From: Bdellovibrionota bacterium | Lineage (GTDB): Bacteria > Bdellovibrionota_C > UBA2361 > JBIKUX01 | NCBI GenBank assembly: GCA_044347345.1 | Contig: JBIKUX010000003.1 | Location: forward strand, 1 to 64,000 | Direction of reading: 5' to 3' | Length of the DNA stretch: 64,000 bases | Shown here: positions 29,357 to 39,834 of the stretch, one piece after another | Numbering within the stretch: position 1 is the first letter of the stretch | Layout of the letters: the number at the start of each line of letters is the position of its first letter | Program-made: the position numbers and the translations under genes | Notes under the pieces: model-generated | Told to the model about the DNA's origin: nothing | The model's input: the letters and a program-made list of their open reading frames with translations, nothing else | The model's database searches: none

Positions 29357-29845
29357 ATGATAACCATTCGCACGCTAATTCACTTCTCTGTCGCAATGCT
29401 CCTCTCCTTCGGTGTAGTCTTAGCTCTCTGATTCACACCCTGGTACCGCGCGACGCGGTCGCGCTTGGAATTCTAGCGATTGGAGGCGTATTTTGGTTTC
29501 TACCGCTCGTACCGCTCGTACTGGTCGGGCTGGGATGCTTTATCGTTCGTTGTAGCATCGTTTGGTCTTACCCTTTTGGTAGCCCAACTGGGAGTTGGAG
29601 GCGGTGGTGGGGGTGAATTACTTGGCGTCTCATTTATCGAAGCTGGATTCCGAATGTCGCTATCCTATTACCGTTGGCTGTTTGCTCTCAAGCATCCTCG
29701 ATTATACGGCAGCATGTTTGGCTTGCCTTCTGATTGGTGGCAATCTTTCCCTTCTTGTTTACCGAGTGGTGATACTGCCGAGAGAGGGCTAATCTCTCAA
29801 AAGTCTCAGATCCGCCCAAAGAGATATCGAGGCGCATTATCGTAA
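29357..29845 (+). pseudogene. Degraded membrane-protein gene
   Basis: Consecutive hydrophobic segments in alternating frames (MITIRTLIHFSVAMLLSFGVVLAL / VALGILAIGGVFWFLPLV / LSFVVASFGLTLLVAQLG). Confidence 0.35.
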
Positions 29846-30019
29846 ACATCGGCGCTACCCCGACCCGGATCAGAACCCTCTGAGGCTCACCGATGGGTTC
29901 GGTCGAAGGAGATAGTCTATGAGCGACGCGGCAAAGGACGCTTTTCCGCTTATCGCCACCAATCCCTCGGCTTCAATGCGACAAACCCCTTACCTCTTCG
30001 TCCTTTACCTCTTCGTCTC

Positions 30020-30196
30020 AGAGACTTAGTGGTTAAGGATCGATGCACCATTCGCAAAGGGCATGGACCACGAAATGTAGCCGCCTTGCGTAGTTTCGCG
30101 ATAGGGCTCATGCATGCCAACGGCATCACCAATATCAAAAGATGTGTGGCCAACCTCCAGCATAATCCAGACCGGATGTTTCAAAAGGCCACTTGA
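30020..30196 (+). mobile_element. ISAs1-family transposase C-terminal remnant
   Basis: RDLVVKDRCTIRKGHGPRNVAALRSFAIGLMHANGITNIK matches the D..F.ED.C.IR.G.GP.N.A.LR..A..L pattern. Confidence 0.7.
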
Positions 30197-30510
30197 GCCT
30201 TCCTTTAAGCCAAGTCCCTCAACTCGCATCGGCCGGGATGGCACCACTATGCCAATTTCCCGCCAATTCTACCCTTACCAACCAAAACCACGCCGCAAAT
30301 TGGCACGGACTAACTAATTTGGTATGATACTACGGGAATTTGGGGCCAAGGGAACACTCTAGACGCCCATCCAGAAAAAAACTCTACGACGCCCTAAGTT
30401 TTTTTCTAATTGGGCAGCACGTTTCTCTTTTTAGGCCTTAACCTTGGAGACTACTTGCTAGTCCAGGATAGCCGCAAAACAGTGTTCTTTAGTTTTTTGG
30501 AAATATAGCT

Positions 30511-30885
30511 ATGAGCCTAATGGATCAATTTCGACCTAGAAGTTCTGACAATCAAGATAGACAAGGCGGGTCTAAAAGCACTGATCAGATCATTGCAGAA
30601 ATTGAGAAGACGACCACTTTCGAGAATTTGAAACCAAAAGTACGTCAGAAGTTGATAGATTGTTTACGGGCAGCTCTAAATAGACCCGGGGAAAAAATAG
30701 TGTTGCAAGATGTTTTTGATAGCAGGGGAGACCTAGAATGGCAAGAGGCTAGGGGTAGGATTTTGGTGCCTGGTGGTATTTTCGTGATACTGTCAGATTA
30801 TGGTGTTAAGTTGGTAATACCAAGTTCAGGCGAGCCTTTCCTTATAAAAATACGTAAAGGAGACCTAAGAGAAAGTCTAGGTTAA
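30511..30885 (+). CDS. Hypothetical protein
   Basis: 124-aa ORF with ATG start and AT-rich upstream region. Confidence 0.55.
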   Translation: MSLMDQFRPRSSDNQDRQGGSKSTDQIIAEIEKTTTFENLKPKVRQKLIDCLRAALNRPGEKIVLQDVFDSRGDLEWQEARGRILVPGGIFVILSDYGVKLVIPSSGEPFLIKIRKGDLRESLG

Positions 30886-30975
30886 ACCCGACCGGGCTAT
30901 CCATAACCAGTCGCGCCACCCCTACCCAAAATTCTACCGAAAAATATCGTTACTGAGAATAATTGTCTCCCATCA

Positions 30976-31584
30976 TCATTGCATCTCCCCCAACGCCTCC
31001 ATCACCGCCTCCGTCGGAAACCCATCTCTTTCCCTCGGATCCGTAAACCTCTCTGGGTGCCGTCCGTTAAATTCGCGTACCCACATAAATATGGTGTCGC
31101 ACTCGGCGAAATCGGCCAGGTATCCGGGAATTTCTGTAGATTTAATGGATGGCCCGTGATGTGGGGGGCGGGTCGGTAGTTGGATATCAACCCCATCAAG
31201 ACTGGTCAGGCAGGGAGTAACCAACTTCTCCGTGGGGACGTTTCTCCGCAAACCATGATATTCGAGAATCGTTGCGGGGATCGTTCCCTGGCGCGCTGGA
31301 TTTAGCGGATTCCAAACCAACTCACATCCCGGAAATATCCTTCTAGTCTCGGCCACAAGGAGCTGCGCCACCGTGGCTGGTAGATTGCTCTCCAGTCCAG
31401 GACTAATCAGACATCGGGTAGTATTCCGTAGTCGCGGAAGCAAAAACTCGGCTACAACTGTTGCGTAGCTCCGAAACCGAGCTAGTACTTGCGGATCTCG
31501 GCGGCGAAGGAGTAGAGTGTAGTTTGCCGGCGAAACAGGTGGTGTCGGGATAGACGGCCCGCGTTCAATAACTAATCGCACCAC
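30976..31584 (-). CDS. Hypothetical protein, probably a 5'-truncated homologue of 7186..8229
   Basis: CLISPGLE, CELVWNP, LEYH, CLTSLDG and FMW..FN align in order with the 7186..8229 protein. Confidence 0.55.
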   Translation of the reverse strand: MVRLVIERGPSIPTPPVSPANYTLLLRRRDPQVLARFRSYATVVAEFLLPRLRNTTRCLISPGLESNLPATVAQLLVAETRRIFPGCELVWNPLNPARQGTIPATILEYHGLRRNVPTEKLVTPCLTSLDGVDIQLPTRPPHHGPSIKSTEIPGYLADFAECDTIFMWVREFNGRHPERFTDPRERDGFPTEAVMEALGEMQ

Positions 31585-31970
31585 CCCTACCTAGAGAAGT
31601 TGTGGCATATAGTTGCAAGGCTGTGCTTTAGAGACAATGGAGCCGGTAGCGCGTTGGCCATTTGTGGGGGCTTATTTTAGCTGATTGTTTGTTTAGAAAG
31701 GCAGATCTGTGGGAGGTCTCGATGGACTCGAGGAATAGCGGTCAGTACATATTCGTATGCTATCTCACTCACAGAGATTATTTTTTTGTGGTGCGTCCAA
31801 GGGTTTCTCAGTCTCCTATAGCAGCCTCTTCTTTTTTCAGCACAAGGAATCGGAGGTAGGGGTGCTATAGTGGGGATGGGAAGGCGTGTGGTTGTAATAG
31901 CGCTACAGCAACCGTCGGGGACCAATAATTTGGGGCATAAGAGAGTGCTCGTCGCGGTTGAGTTGCGTGC

Positions 31971-32759
31971 TTAACTGGTAAGTAGTTGCCCTTCTGTGAC
32001 AGTACAGGCTCTTCCGGAAATTAAAACCCGATCTCCTTCCACTTCAACTATCACTTCGCCACCTCGTGCTGAGGCCTGAAATGCTGTCAGGCGTGATTTA
32101 CCGAGGGTTGTCGCCCAATAAGGAGCAAGGGCCGTATTTGCGGAGCCTGTTACAGGATCCTCGGGCACGCCTAGCTTGGGGAAAAAACCGCGATAGATAT
32201 AGTCGTAGGGAGCAATCTGAGAGCGGGCTGTGACGACTAGTCCTCGCTCTGGTAACGTTTGTATAAGACTGAAGTCTGGCGTGAGCTTTCGCAGCGCATC
32301 CTCGGTGTCCAGTACAGCGAGGCAATCCTCACCATTGGATCCGACAAAGTGCGGGTGGACGGCCATTATTGCTTTGGCTATCTCCGCAAGTTCTGGCCTC
32401 GCTCGAGCATCTTGGCGAGGAAAGTCCAATGTGTACATCTCGGATTCCTTTTCTACAGTGAGCATACCGCTGCGACTCTGGAATTGGAGAGTTTTGCTAT
32501 TGGTAATGCCCTTAGTCCACAGGATGTGCGCTGCGGCCAAGGTGGCATGGCCACAAAGATTCACCTCCGCATTGGGGGTAAACCATCTAATCTCCATGTC
32601 CGACTCACTAAGAAGGACAAAGACCGTTTCGGATAGGTTCATCTCCATTGCTATTTTTTGCTTGAGGTCGTCACTTATATCTTCCTTGAGTACGAACACC
32701 GCCGCGGGATTGCCGGTAAAAGGCCTATTGGTAAAAGCGTCAACTTGCCAAAACTGCAT
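31971..32759 (-). CDS. PhzF family isomerase
   Basis: VDAFTNRPFTGNPAAV, EMNLSETVF, RWFTPNAEVNLCGHATLAAAH, EDPVTGSA. Confidence 0.95.
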   Translation of the reverse strand: MQFWQVDAFTNRPFTGNPAAVFVLKEDISDDLKQKIAMEMNLSETVFVLLSESDMEIRWFTPNAEVNLCGHATLAAAHILWTKGITNSKTLQFQSRSGMLTVEKESEMYTLDFPRQDARARPELAEIAKAIMAVHPHFVGSNGEDCLAVLDTEDALRKLTPDFSLIQTLPERGLVVTARSQIAPYDYIYRGFFPKLGVPEDPVTGSANTALAPYWATTLGKSRLTAFQASARGGEVIVEVEGDRVLISGRACTVTEGQLLTS

Positions 32760-32803
32760 TACTCCTCCTCTTCACTTCGTAAATAGTTGTACACAGTAGC
32801 ACC

Positions 32804-34102
32804 CTAAAGATATGCGGAGAGCGCATAGAGAGGGATGTTTCGAATCTTCTCAGCAGAGGGTATGTTACTGGCGGAGAGAACTACTGCTTGAACATCGGTG
32901 CTCTGTGCTAAGAGAGATTGTATGCTCTTTATGCGAAAGCGCTCACCTGATTTTACCTCCATCGCCTGAACACGCCCGCCCCTCTCGAAGACGAAATCGA
33001 CCTCTGCCTTGGCGCTGCTTGTCCAATAGTAAAGCTGCTCAATCCCATGTGCTCGCAGCTCTTGTGCGATGAAGTTTTCTGTCATAGCGCCCTTGAATTC
33101 AGTGAATAACTCATGCCCCCGAACAATAACGTCGCTCTGTAAGTCAACGAGACTCCCTAAGAGGCCCACATCAATGAGATATACCTTAAAAGATTCTGTA
33201 TCGGCATAAGCCATAATGGGCACTTTGAGTGTCTCTGTATTGATCACCTTCGTAATAAGCCCGGCACTTAAGAGCCACTGCAAAGAGGACTCGTAGTCAC
33301 GCGCTCGGGCGCCTGTCTTGATGGCTGTGAATATGAATTTTTTATTCTCTTTGGCAAGGTGCCGTGGAATAGAGTCCCAGATGCGTGAAATCTTCACGAT
33401 ATCTTGGGCTCCGGCATGTTTGGCGAAATCTAAAAGGTATGCTCTTACAATGTCTCGTTGAACACTTCGAACCTGAATGGGATCGCGAAGCGCGGCATAG
33501 GTTGCAACGGCCTCGGGCATTCCTCCTACGTAGAGATAGTACCGCAAGAGCTGCATAAGGTCGGCATGCAGGAAGGCTGAAATCCTGCCGCTGTTTAGTT
33601 CAGTCCGGAGTGCCTCGAAAAGCTGCTCCCTTCCCAGCGCACGGAGAAACTCTTGGAAGTTTAAAGGATAGAGCGTCTCAAAGTTTACCTTTCCTACGGG
33701 AAAGGATTGTTGATGTCCTAATGCAAGCTCGAGGTGAGAGCCTGCACACGCAATGTGGTACTCATTCGCTTGCTCGTTGAAATACTTAAGGCTAGTGAGA
33801 GCTTGCGAACACAGCTGTATCTCATCGAAGATAAGGAGGGTTTTGTGAGGGAGTATAAGGTTTTGTGAGTAAAATTGGAGCTTCTCAATGAGCTGAGCTG
33901 GTGCCAGCTTCCCCTCGAAAAGTGGCGCAAGATTCCTATCCTCCTCGAAATTAAAGTACGCATAGGTATCGTATTCCGTCTCCCCAAAGAGCTTGAGGAG
34001 TGCCGTTTTGCCAACCTGGCGAGCCCCTTGCAGGATAAGGGGCTTACGGCGCGGGGAATTTTTCCACTGCACGAGGCGAGGGTAAAGGATGCGAGGAATC
34101 AT
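32804..34102 (-). CDS. AAA ATPase (AAA_14) with DUF4143
   Basis: RKPLILQGARQVGKT, FDEIQ, FPVGKV, GGMPEAV, KVYLIDVGLL, AEVDFV...EVKS. Confidence 0.92.
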   Translation of the reverse strand: MIPRILYPRLVQWKNSPRRKPLILQGARQVGKTALLKLFGETEYDTYAYFNFEEDRNLAPLFEGKLAPAQLIEKLQFYSQNLILPHKTLLIFDEIQLCSQALTSLKYFNEQANEYHIACAGSHLELALGHQQSFPVGKVNFETLYPLNFQEFLRALGREQLFEALRTELNSGRISAFLHADLMQLLRYYLYVGGMPEAVATYAALRDPIQVRSVQRDIVRAYLLDFAKHAGAQDIVKISRIWDSIPRHLAKENKKFIFTAIKTGARARDYESSLQWLLSAGLITKVINTETLKVPIMAYADTESFKVYLIDVGLLGSLVDLQSDVIVRGHELFTEFKGAMTENFIAQELRAHGIEQLYYWTSSAKAEVDFVFERGGRVQAMEVKSGERFRIKSIQSLLAQSTDVQAVVLSASNIPSAEKIRNIPLYALSAYL

Positions 34103-34420
34103 GTAATATCAAGATGTTGCAAATTTACGACCATATTTTTGCCATTTCTGCCTTTTATAATGCTCTAATATTGCAACAGTCGCCAGATCTAACGTTATTT
34201 TTCATGCGAGCCTTTCGCCCTCGGCTCACTTCGTTCAGGGAGTCCCCGGCGATCTTGAGCACCTAGAATTCCCCGAGGGAACTGAAAAGGGGGCGGGGTT
34301 TGGCGGGGTATTGTTCTTACGAACTTTGCAGCGGGGTATGCAGCACACATTTTCCTGGTTCGCGCTCCAAATTGCCATTTATGCGCGCTTCTCACATGGC
34401 GTTAACAGTTTTGGGCGACG

Positions 34421-34454
34421 CATGAAGAAAGCCCCAAAAGGGGCTTTCTTCATG
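34421..34454. terminator. Perfect 15-bp-stem hairpin, terminator-like
   Basis: CATGAAGAAAGCCCC-AAAA-GGGGCTTTCTTCATG. Confidence 0.65.
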
Positions 34455-34941
34455 TCTGGAGCTGTGGTGAAAAACTCACGGATGGGTGTTTCAGCAAGAA
34501 CTTATCAGGGGGAGAGTCTCATTTTTTGGGTAGAGTGACTAAGGATTGCAGAGCTTAACCAACCACTCTCCCCTATCTGCGTAATCATCGGCAATCTCCG
34601 TCACATTTGCTTTGAGAGCAATAGCAAGATCGTTATTGTTCGGATGTCAAGAATCGTTGGGCCACTGTAAGATGAACATCTGGATGTCAGAGCTGAAGGG
34701 CTCGATTTGCTCGATATTAGACGATCCTCCTCCCCGAAAAATTGCCGCGACTACTTCTCTGGAGAATCCGGCAGCAACTTGCAGCTCATACCCAAGGAGT
34801 TTTGCCTTAGTTTTTGAATCTACCCTAAGTGGGTTATCGAGCCGAACTGCGGTGACCCTTTGCCGACTGTTGCTCCACTGCCTAGAGCGATGCTAAGTGT
34901 TACGATTCTTGCGGAGCAAGAAGGGGAACCTCGGTCGCCAG

Positions 34942-36402
34942 CTACTTCGGAAGCTCTATTTTAACTTCCCCGAGCTTTTTCTTGATACTGAGAGTTGCAA
35001 GTGCATCACAGAACATGGCTGCTGAGAAGAGCTGACGATCTAGGTCAGTGCTTCGAAGGGCGTGCGGTGTATTGCCACATCTCCTGCAAATGCTTGAGAG
35101 GTAATCCACCTCCTCCTGGATCGCCTGGGCAACTTCGGGGTCAGTCTGTGATACGAGGTTGGCAAGATCGGACACAGCGCTAGCGAGCATCTCTGCTGTG
35201 GGGTAATCTTTAGCCTTCAGAAGGCGGGATTCTTGATTCCCTGGACGTAGGTAATCGAGCATCATGACGACGTAGGATTGAAGCCGAGACACACAGGACT
35301 GTTTCTCGAGGACTAGGCCAGGTGGCGTTGCATAGGCCCAATCTGTTCGGAGAGCGGAGTGGTTCCGTTCCTTCCAACTGCGCCACTGTATATAGACCCG
35401 ATAGGGCATCATGACCGTTCTCTCAGTAGGGTTCCGTTGAGCATGCTCTGCTCCGCGAAGCATTACTAAGTAATCCTCATCGATGGTACAGGTTGCCAAC
35501 TCATCTAGGAGTCCAAAATTTGTATTTTCATTGTCTACAGAGTAATTCATGGCAAAGAACGCGGCGCGAGCAGTTATGGACGGCCCACCAACGCTGCGAG
35601 TGGCATAGCCGTTCTCAATGAAGCGGATTGCATAGAAGGAAGAGCTTAAACATTCCCCGAACATTGCAAGGGAGGTCACTCCGGGCATAGGTAATAAGCG
35701 ACTTTGAGCATGGGCGACCTTAAGGGCTGGATTAACTTCGTAGAGGGCTGCTACTGAATCGAGGTATTTCTCCTCAAAAACAGAGTCTGCATCAGCCCAG
35801 ACCAGCGGACGAGCAAGACCGCGCTGGGCATCAAGCTTCAGTAATGCCTCGATAGCCGAGAGCGACCCCAAAGCTCGGGGAAAACCGACGGAGTTTCGAC
35901 TGAGTACGAAAGGAGTAAGCCCGTCTTGCGGAAAGGTTAAGTTCTCTCGTTCTCGCAGGTCGACAGTATGAAAGGTGTCTCTATCAAGACTACGCAGATG
36001 TGCTATCGTCTTTGCATTTTGCTCCTTAGCTTTTTCATTGGCATCGGCTGAGTCATTAACGATGACGACTAGTGGATGCTCAGGAGTGTGTGGACTGGAA
36101 AGCTTAACCTGATAAATGGAGGGCTCGCGATGAGCTGGAATTATTGTTACAGTTCGCGGGTCGCGTAGCTTAAGTTCGCCTATCTTTGCCTTAGCATCTG
36201 CGAGTGCTTTATTGGCAAGAGGTAGTTTGTCTATTAGGCCAGCCTGATTAAAGCCTGGATCTCCGAAAAAGTCTTTTACGCTTATTGCGTGAGATAGGGG
36301 ATGAATGGCCAAAGGGGGGTCGATCACATGACTCAGGTCGACTTGCTTGACATGATATGGAATATCTGAGTTATCTTGAGGTTGAGGTGTAAGAGGTGGC
36401 AT
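34942..36402 (-). CDS. Divergent GT-A fold (GT2-like) glycosyltransferase
   Basis: TIIPAHRE, VVIVND, VWADADS (DxD), GGPSITARA, DEDY in canonical order. Confidence 0.6.
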   Translation of the reverse strand: MPPLTPQPQDNSDIPYHVKQVDLSHVIDPPLAIHPLSHAISVKDFFGDPGFNQAGLIDKLPLANKALADAKAKIGELKLRDPRTVTIIPAHREPSIYQVKLSSPHTPEHPLVVIVNDSADANEKAKEQNAKTIAHLRSLDRDTFHTVDLRERENLTFPQDGLTPFVLSRNSVGFPRALGSLSAIEALLKLDAQRGLARPLVWADADSVFEEKYLDSVAALYEVNPALKVAHAQSRLLPMPGVTSLAMFGECLSSSFYAIRFIENGYATRSVGGPSITARAAFFAMNYSVDNENTNFGLLDELATCTIDEDYLVMLRGAEHAQRNPTERTVMMPYRVYIQWRSWKERNHSALRTDWAYATPPGLVLEKQSCVSRLQSYVVMMLDYLRPGNQESRLLKAKDYPTAEMLASAVSDLANLVSQTDPEVAQAIQEEVDYLSSICRRCGNTPHALRSTDLDRQLFSAAMFCDALATLSIKKKLGEVKIELPK

Positions 36403-36691
36403 GCCTAGCTTTGATACTCTTCCTTTACCCTAGAACGTCCGCAACAAAATCCGTTTGTAGCAAATCCCTCAACTCGACCCCGGTATTGGATGGTGCTTCG
36501 TGTAAAGTTGTACTCCATCCTCTTACTCCCATCCTCCCCATCCTCTTACTCTCAGGGATGTAAAGGAACCGGTAAAGGAACCGCAGCATAAAGCTGGACG
36601 TCAAACCACTTGTCAATAATTCTGAGTTATTAGAAGACAACCCTGCTAACTCTGAGTACTTTTTGCTCTGTGCATACCAACAACTTTAAGT

Positions 36692-36742
36692 CCAACACCT
36701 CTAAGTCCCCAACACCTCTAAGTCCCCAACACCTCTAAGTCT
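36692..36742. repeat. 17-bp tandem repeat x3
   Basis: CCAACACCTCTAAGTCY at 36692, 36709 and 36726, plus a degenerate copy at 36677. Confidence 0.92.
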
Positions 36743-36746
36743 CTGA

Positions 36747-36786
36747 GAAAAAGAAGCAAAAGAAGCCAAGTAGCCTGCTTTTGCTT
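36747..36786 (-). terminator. Probable intrinsic terminator of ORF 36800..37138
   Basis: AAGCAAAAG...CTTTTGCTT inverted repeat just after the stop, followed by a T run on the minus strand. Confidence 0.4.
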
Positions 36787-36799
36787 TGGGAGGTTGTTA

Positions 36800-37138
36800 T
36801 TACTGAGAAGTCCATCCCTTACCGCTCACAAAAACGTTCTCGTGCGCGTACCGAAAAAGGGTGTTACGATCTGTCTTGCCTCTCTCAATATCATAGGCCA
36901 TCAAGTTGATAACCATTTGTTCATACCCCGGAGCGAACAGACCCCTGTGAGTGTTCATATAATCCTTAAATACCTCGCGAGCTTCTTGGAGGCTCGCCAC
37001 AGTAACTACAACCCATATTGGGTCCTGCCCAGGGTTGCCGATGTTAACATTCATTGTTATCTTTTTGGCATCTAGTATCTCGGACAATATCTCCTCCCCC
37101 CCCCCATTGACAACGGGCCTCGCCTCATGAATTGGCAT
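36800..37138 (-). CDS. Hypothetical protein
   Basis: 112-aa ORF with AGGAG Shine-Dalgarno and downstream hairpin; G10 tract at 37096-37105. Confidence 0.6.
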   Translation of the reverse strand: MPIHEARPVVNGGGEEILSEILDAKKITMNVNIGNPGQDPIWVVVTVASLQEAREVFKDYMNTHRGLFAPGYEQMVINLMAYDIERGKTDRNTLFRYAHENVFVSGKGWTSQ

Positions 37139-37579
37139 ATTTGGCTTCTCCTTGGTTAAACGCTTTTGTAGTGGTTATTAGGTGCTAACCTATCCCCCTT
37201 GACTTAAGTCCCGATAACACAAGATTTAGCTTGCCAAATAGCTCTTTTCCCCCCTAAAGCCCCGATCCAGCAGTCATGGTAGCTGCGCTGTCGATTAGTC
37301 AAGTGTTCGCTTGACGCCGCTCGCTGCTGTTGCTCGCGCCCTTGACTAATTCGTCATATGCTCAGATGAAAAAGAGACACCCCGTGCTTGGATTGTGGTG
37401 GGAGGTATTCGATAAGTTATATAATATCTCTTTTCTTAGAGCGTTTATATTGTTAGGTCTCGGAATGCGGCATCTAATAAGCGAGGGAAGATGGACGACG
37501 TTTCTCGGCTGCCTTGTCGCCGCAGTAGCAGCCATCATCTGTATGGGTGGCAAGGAGGTAGTGTGGTGGGCTGCTGGCG

Positions 37580-37824
37580 GAAGCGCGCCAGCTCGGAAGA
37601 GAAAGTTCTTTGGAACCGTTGAGCTTCCAGTTGCGACGTCCATTATGAATTTCGGCGAGCTGTACAAGGAAATCATTCGGCATCTGACCAAAGATCCGAC
37701 GGCTTCGGTGAAGCTGACCTTGGAGATCGCCGCCGAATTTGGGAATGGCGCGCCGGAAGATATTCGGCGCACGGTCGCGGAAAACGCAGCCGCGTTTAAG
37801 CTGAAGGCCGGGGAATGGGAGTGA
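37580..37824 (+). pseudogene. C-terminal fragment of a DUF499-type AAA ATPase
   Basis: RKFFGTVEL...EIIRHL...VKLTLEIAAEFGNGAPEDIRRTVAENAAAFK...WE. Confidence 0.55.
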
Positions 37825-37912
37825 AGCTCCTAAGCTAGCAGCTAGCTATATGATACTTATCGCTATTGCAGAAGCGAATGGCGGGAGCCTTACCGGCTTC
37901 CCACCGTGGCGG

Positions 37913-38207
37913 TCAGTATTCGCCGGGGAGCATGATGGTCTTGTTGGCGACATAGAGGGAGAGCGTGGGAAGCGGGAAATCAGTGAAGGGGATGCGCTTG
38001 GCGAGAACGATATTGCCGTTGCCGTCGTCACAAGACAGGCGGGCGGAACCGCCTTCGGAAATGGTGAGCTTCCAATGTTGGAACGGTTCGGCGGCGACCT
38101 TTGAGCCGGGGCGCTGGGCGAAGGCTATCTCGTCCAGAAGCCAGTAAGCACCAGCTTTTTCAGCCAGGTATTGCGCGCCCTCGGTATAGAGGACGGAAAC
38201 GGGCGAG
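37913..38207 (-). pseudogene. DUF6876-like protein lacking its N-terminus
   Basis: [27 protein letters not shown]...FQHWKL...CDDGNGN...IPFTDFPL...IMLPGEY*; no start codon, absent from the ORF track; hairpin at 37880-37905 follows the stop. Confidence 0.6.
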
Positions 38208-38474
38208 GCCGCTACTCGTATTGTGATGCCGAAGGTGCGTGTTCGTCTGAGCGCAGGGCGAAGTCAGCTTACCCGGGAAGCGCAAGTGTTGTACTTTCTT
38301 GCCGGTGCCAATTCTATTTTTTATGGAGATTCGCTCTTAACAACGGGCAATCCTGAGGAGGATTGTGATCGTCAGTTATTGCGCGATATTGGGGTGCAGG
38401 AGGGAGGAAATCTAAGAACGCAAGACGAAAAATCCATCAACTTCAGTCATCAGCAGTTCGGTTCCACCTGCTAG
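38208..38474 (+). pseudogene. bioB: Biotin synthase C-terminal fragment
   Basis: [18 protein letters not shown]...[26 protein letters not shown]; radical-SAM N-terminus missing. Confidence 0.8.
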
Positions 38475-38545
38475 AACGAAAACCAAACTTCTCGCCGGTG
38501 AGGATCGATAGTTTGTGGGAAGGATGGTTGTGGGGGTGAAGGATT

Positions 38546-38762
38546 TCAAAGATGCACCTTGAATTTTCTGGCCACCCTTTCCCACATTTCAGGCGAGAGG
38601 GTATGGCCGACGTTTTCATCGATGAAGTAAGAGAAGTTACTACTCGCGTCCTTGGAGTCGTACACCCTTTGCATACGAACAAGACCCGAGCGAACAAACT
38701 CGTCAGGCTCAACTTGGTACTGAACCTTTCCTATGGATTCGCAATTCAGTGTGCGGATGATC
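38546..38762 (-). pseudogene. Possible alpha/beta-hydrolase C-terminal fragment
   Basis: MQRVYDSKDASSNFSYFIDENVGHTLSPEMWERVARKFKVHL*. Confidence 0.3.
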
Positions 38763-38763
38763 T

Positions 38764-39674
38764 ATGTTTATCGGCCGGTCTCGTGAACTGGCGCTCCTTG
38801 AGGAGCGGTTTCGGTCTTCCAAGGCGGAGTTAGTTGTTCTGTATGGTCGGCGCAGAATTGGCAAAAGCTCACTTATTCGGCACCTTGTTGAGGAGGACAC
38901 CAATCTCTTCTTTGAAGGGCTTGAGGGACAAAAAACTCCTACGCAGATTGAAGCTGCGATTACTTCTTTGCGCGAGCAGTGGGACGAGATGTTCTTAAAT
39001 TCCTATGCATACACTTATTTGAAAGAAGAGATACTGGCCGAGCCGAACAGGTGGTGCGCTTTTTTGCACCATTTAGCCGATTCCTTTGAGTGGTGTGGCT
39101 ACGATGAACGGCGTGACTCTGAATTTTGTCGAGGTTGGCCGTGATGTTGGGGTAGATGATAAGACTGTAAAATCACATTTTCAAATTTTAGAGGATACGT
39201 TAATAAGGTTTTTGCCACCTGCCTATCATCGATCTGTAAGTAAGACTCAGCTTCACTCCCCCCAAGATTTTATTTCTTTGATTGCGGTGTAAAACGATCT
39301 TTAGAAAGAACTATACCGTTCCTTTGTTGCAAGCTAGTTACGGTTACGGCAAAGCATTTGAACATTTTATAATCGCAGAGATCGTGGGTTTAAAAGACTA
39401 TCTAAGGAAAGATTTTCGACTATCCTATGTGCGATAGAAGTCAGGTGCGGAGATAGATTTGTTTATTGAGCGTTCCGGACGAGATACCGCTTTAGTTGAG
39501 ATAAAATCAACAACAGAGATTAAGGAAACACATTTCAAGTATCTTAAAGAATACTCTTCAATCATTAAAGATTCTGAGGCATTCTGCTTTTCAAACGATG
39601 AGAGAAGTCAGAGGATTGAAGGTATAAGGTGCTTTTATTGGAGAGAAGGTTTACTGGAGTTAGGGTTAGGATAG
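38764..39674 (+). pseudogene. Chimeric ATPase remnant (archaeal-ATPase-type N-terminus joined to a DUF4143-type C-terminus)
   Basis: MFIGRSREL...LYGRRRIGKS, then YAYTYLKEEILAE, VDDKTVKSHFQILEDTL, VEIKS over several frames. Confidence 0.75.
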
Positions 39675-39834
39675 ATACTGTAAAATAATTCTCGCGGAGA
39701 GCCACTCTCTAATACCGTAGTGAGAGCTAAAGGTTTTGTTGTCTGCAATTAAGTTGAATAAAGTAGCCCCAGCTAAGAATGAGATTAGTTTTACTTTTAC
39801 TTTCTCACCAGTATTTTTGTGGTATGAGGTTTTT

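Noticed and set aside
29885-29925. LTDGFGRR resembling the MoaA N-terminus
   Set aside because: Only eight residues, followed by a stop
21392-39700. Integron cassette array
   Set aside because: No IntI, mixed gene orientation and no convincing attC pairs
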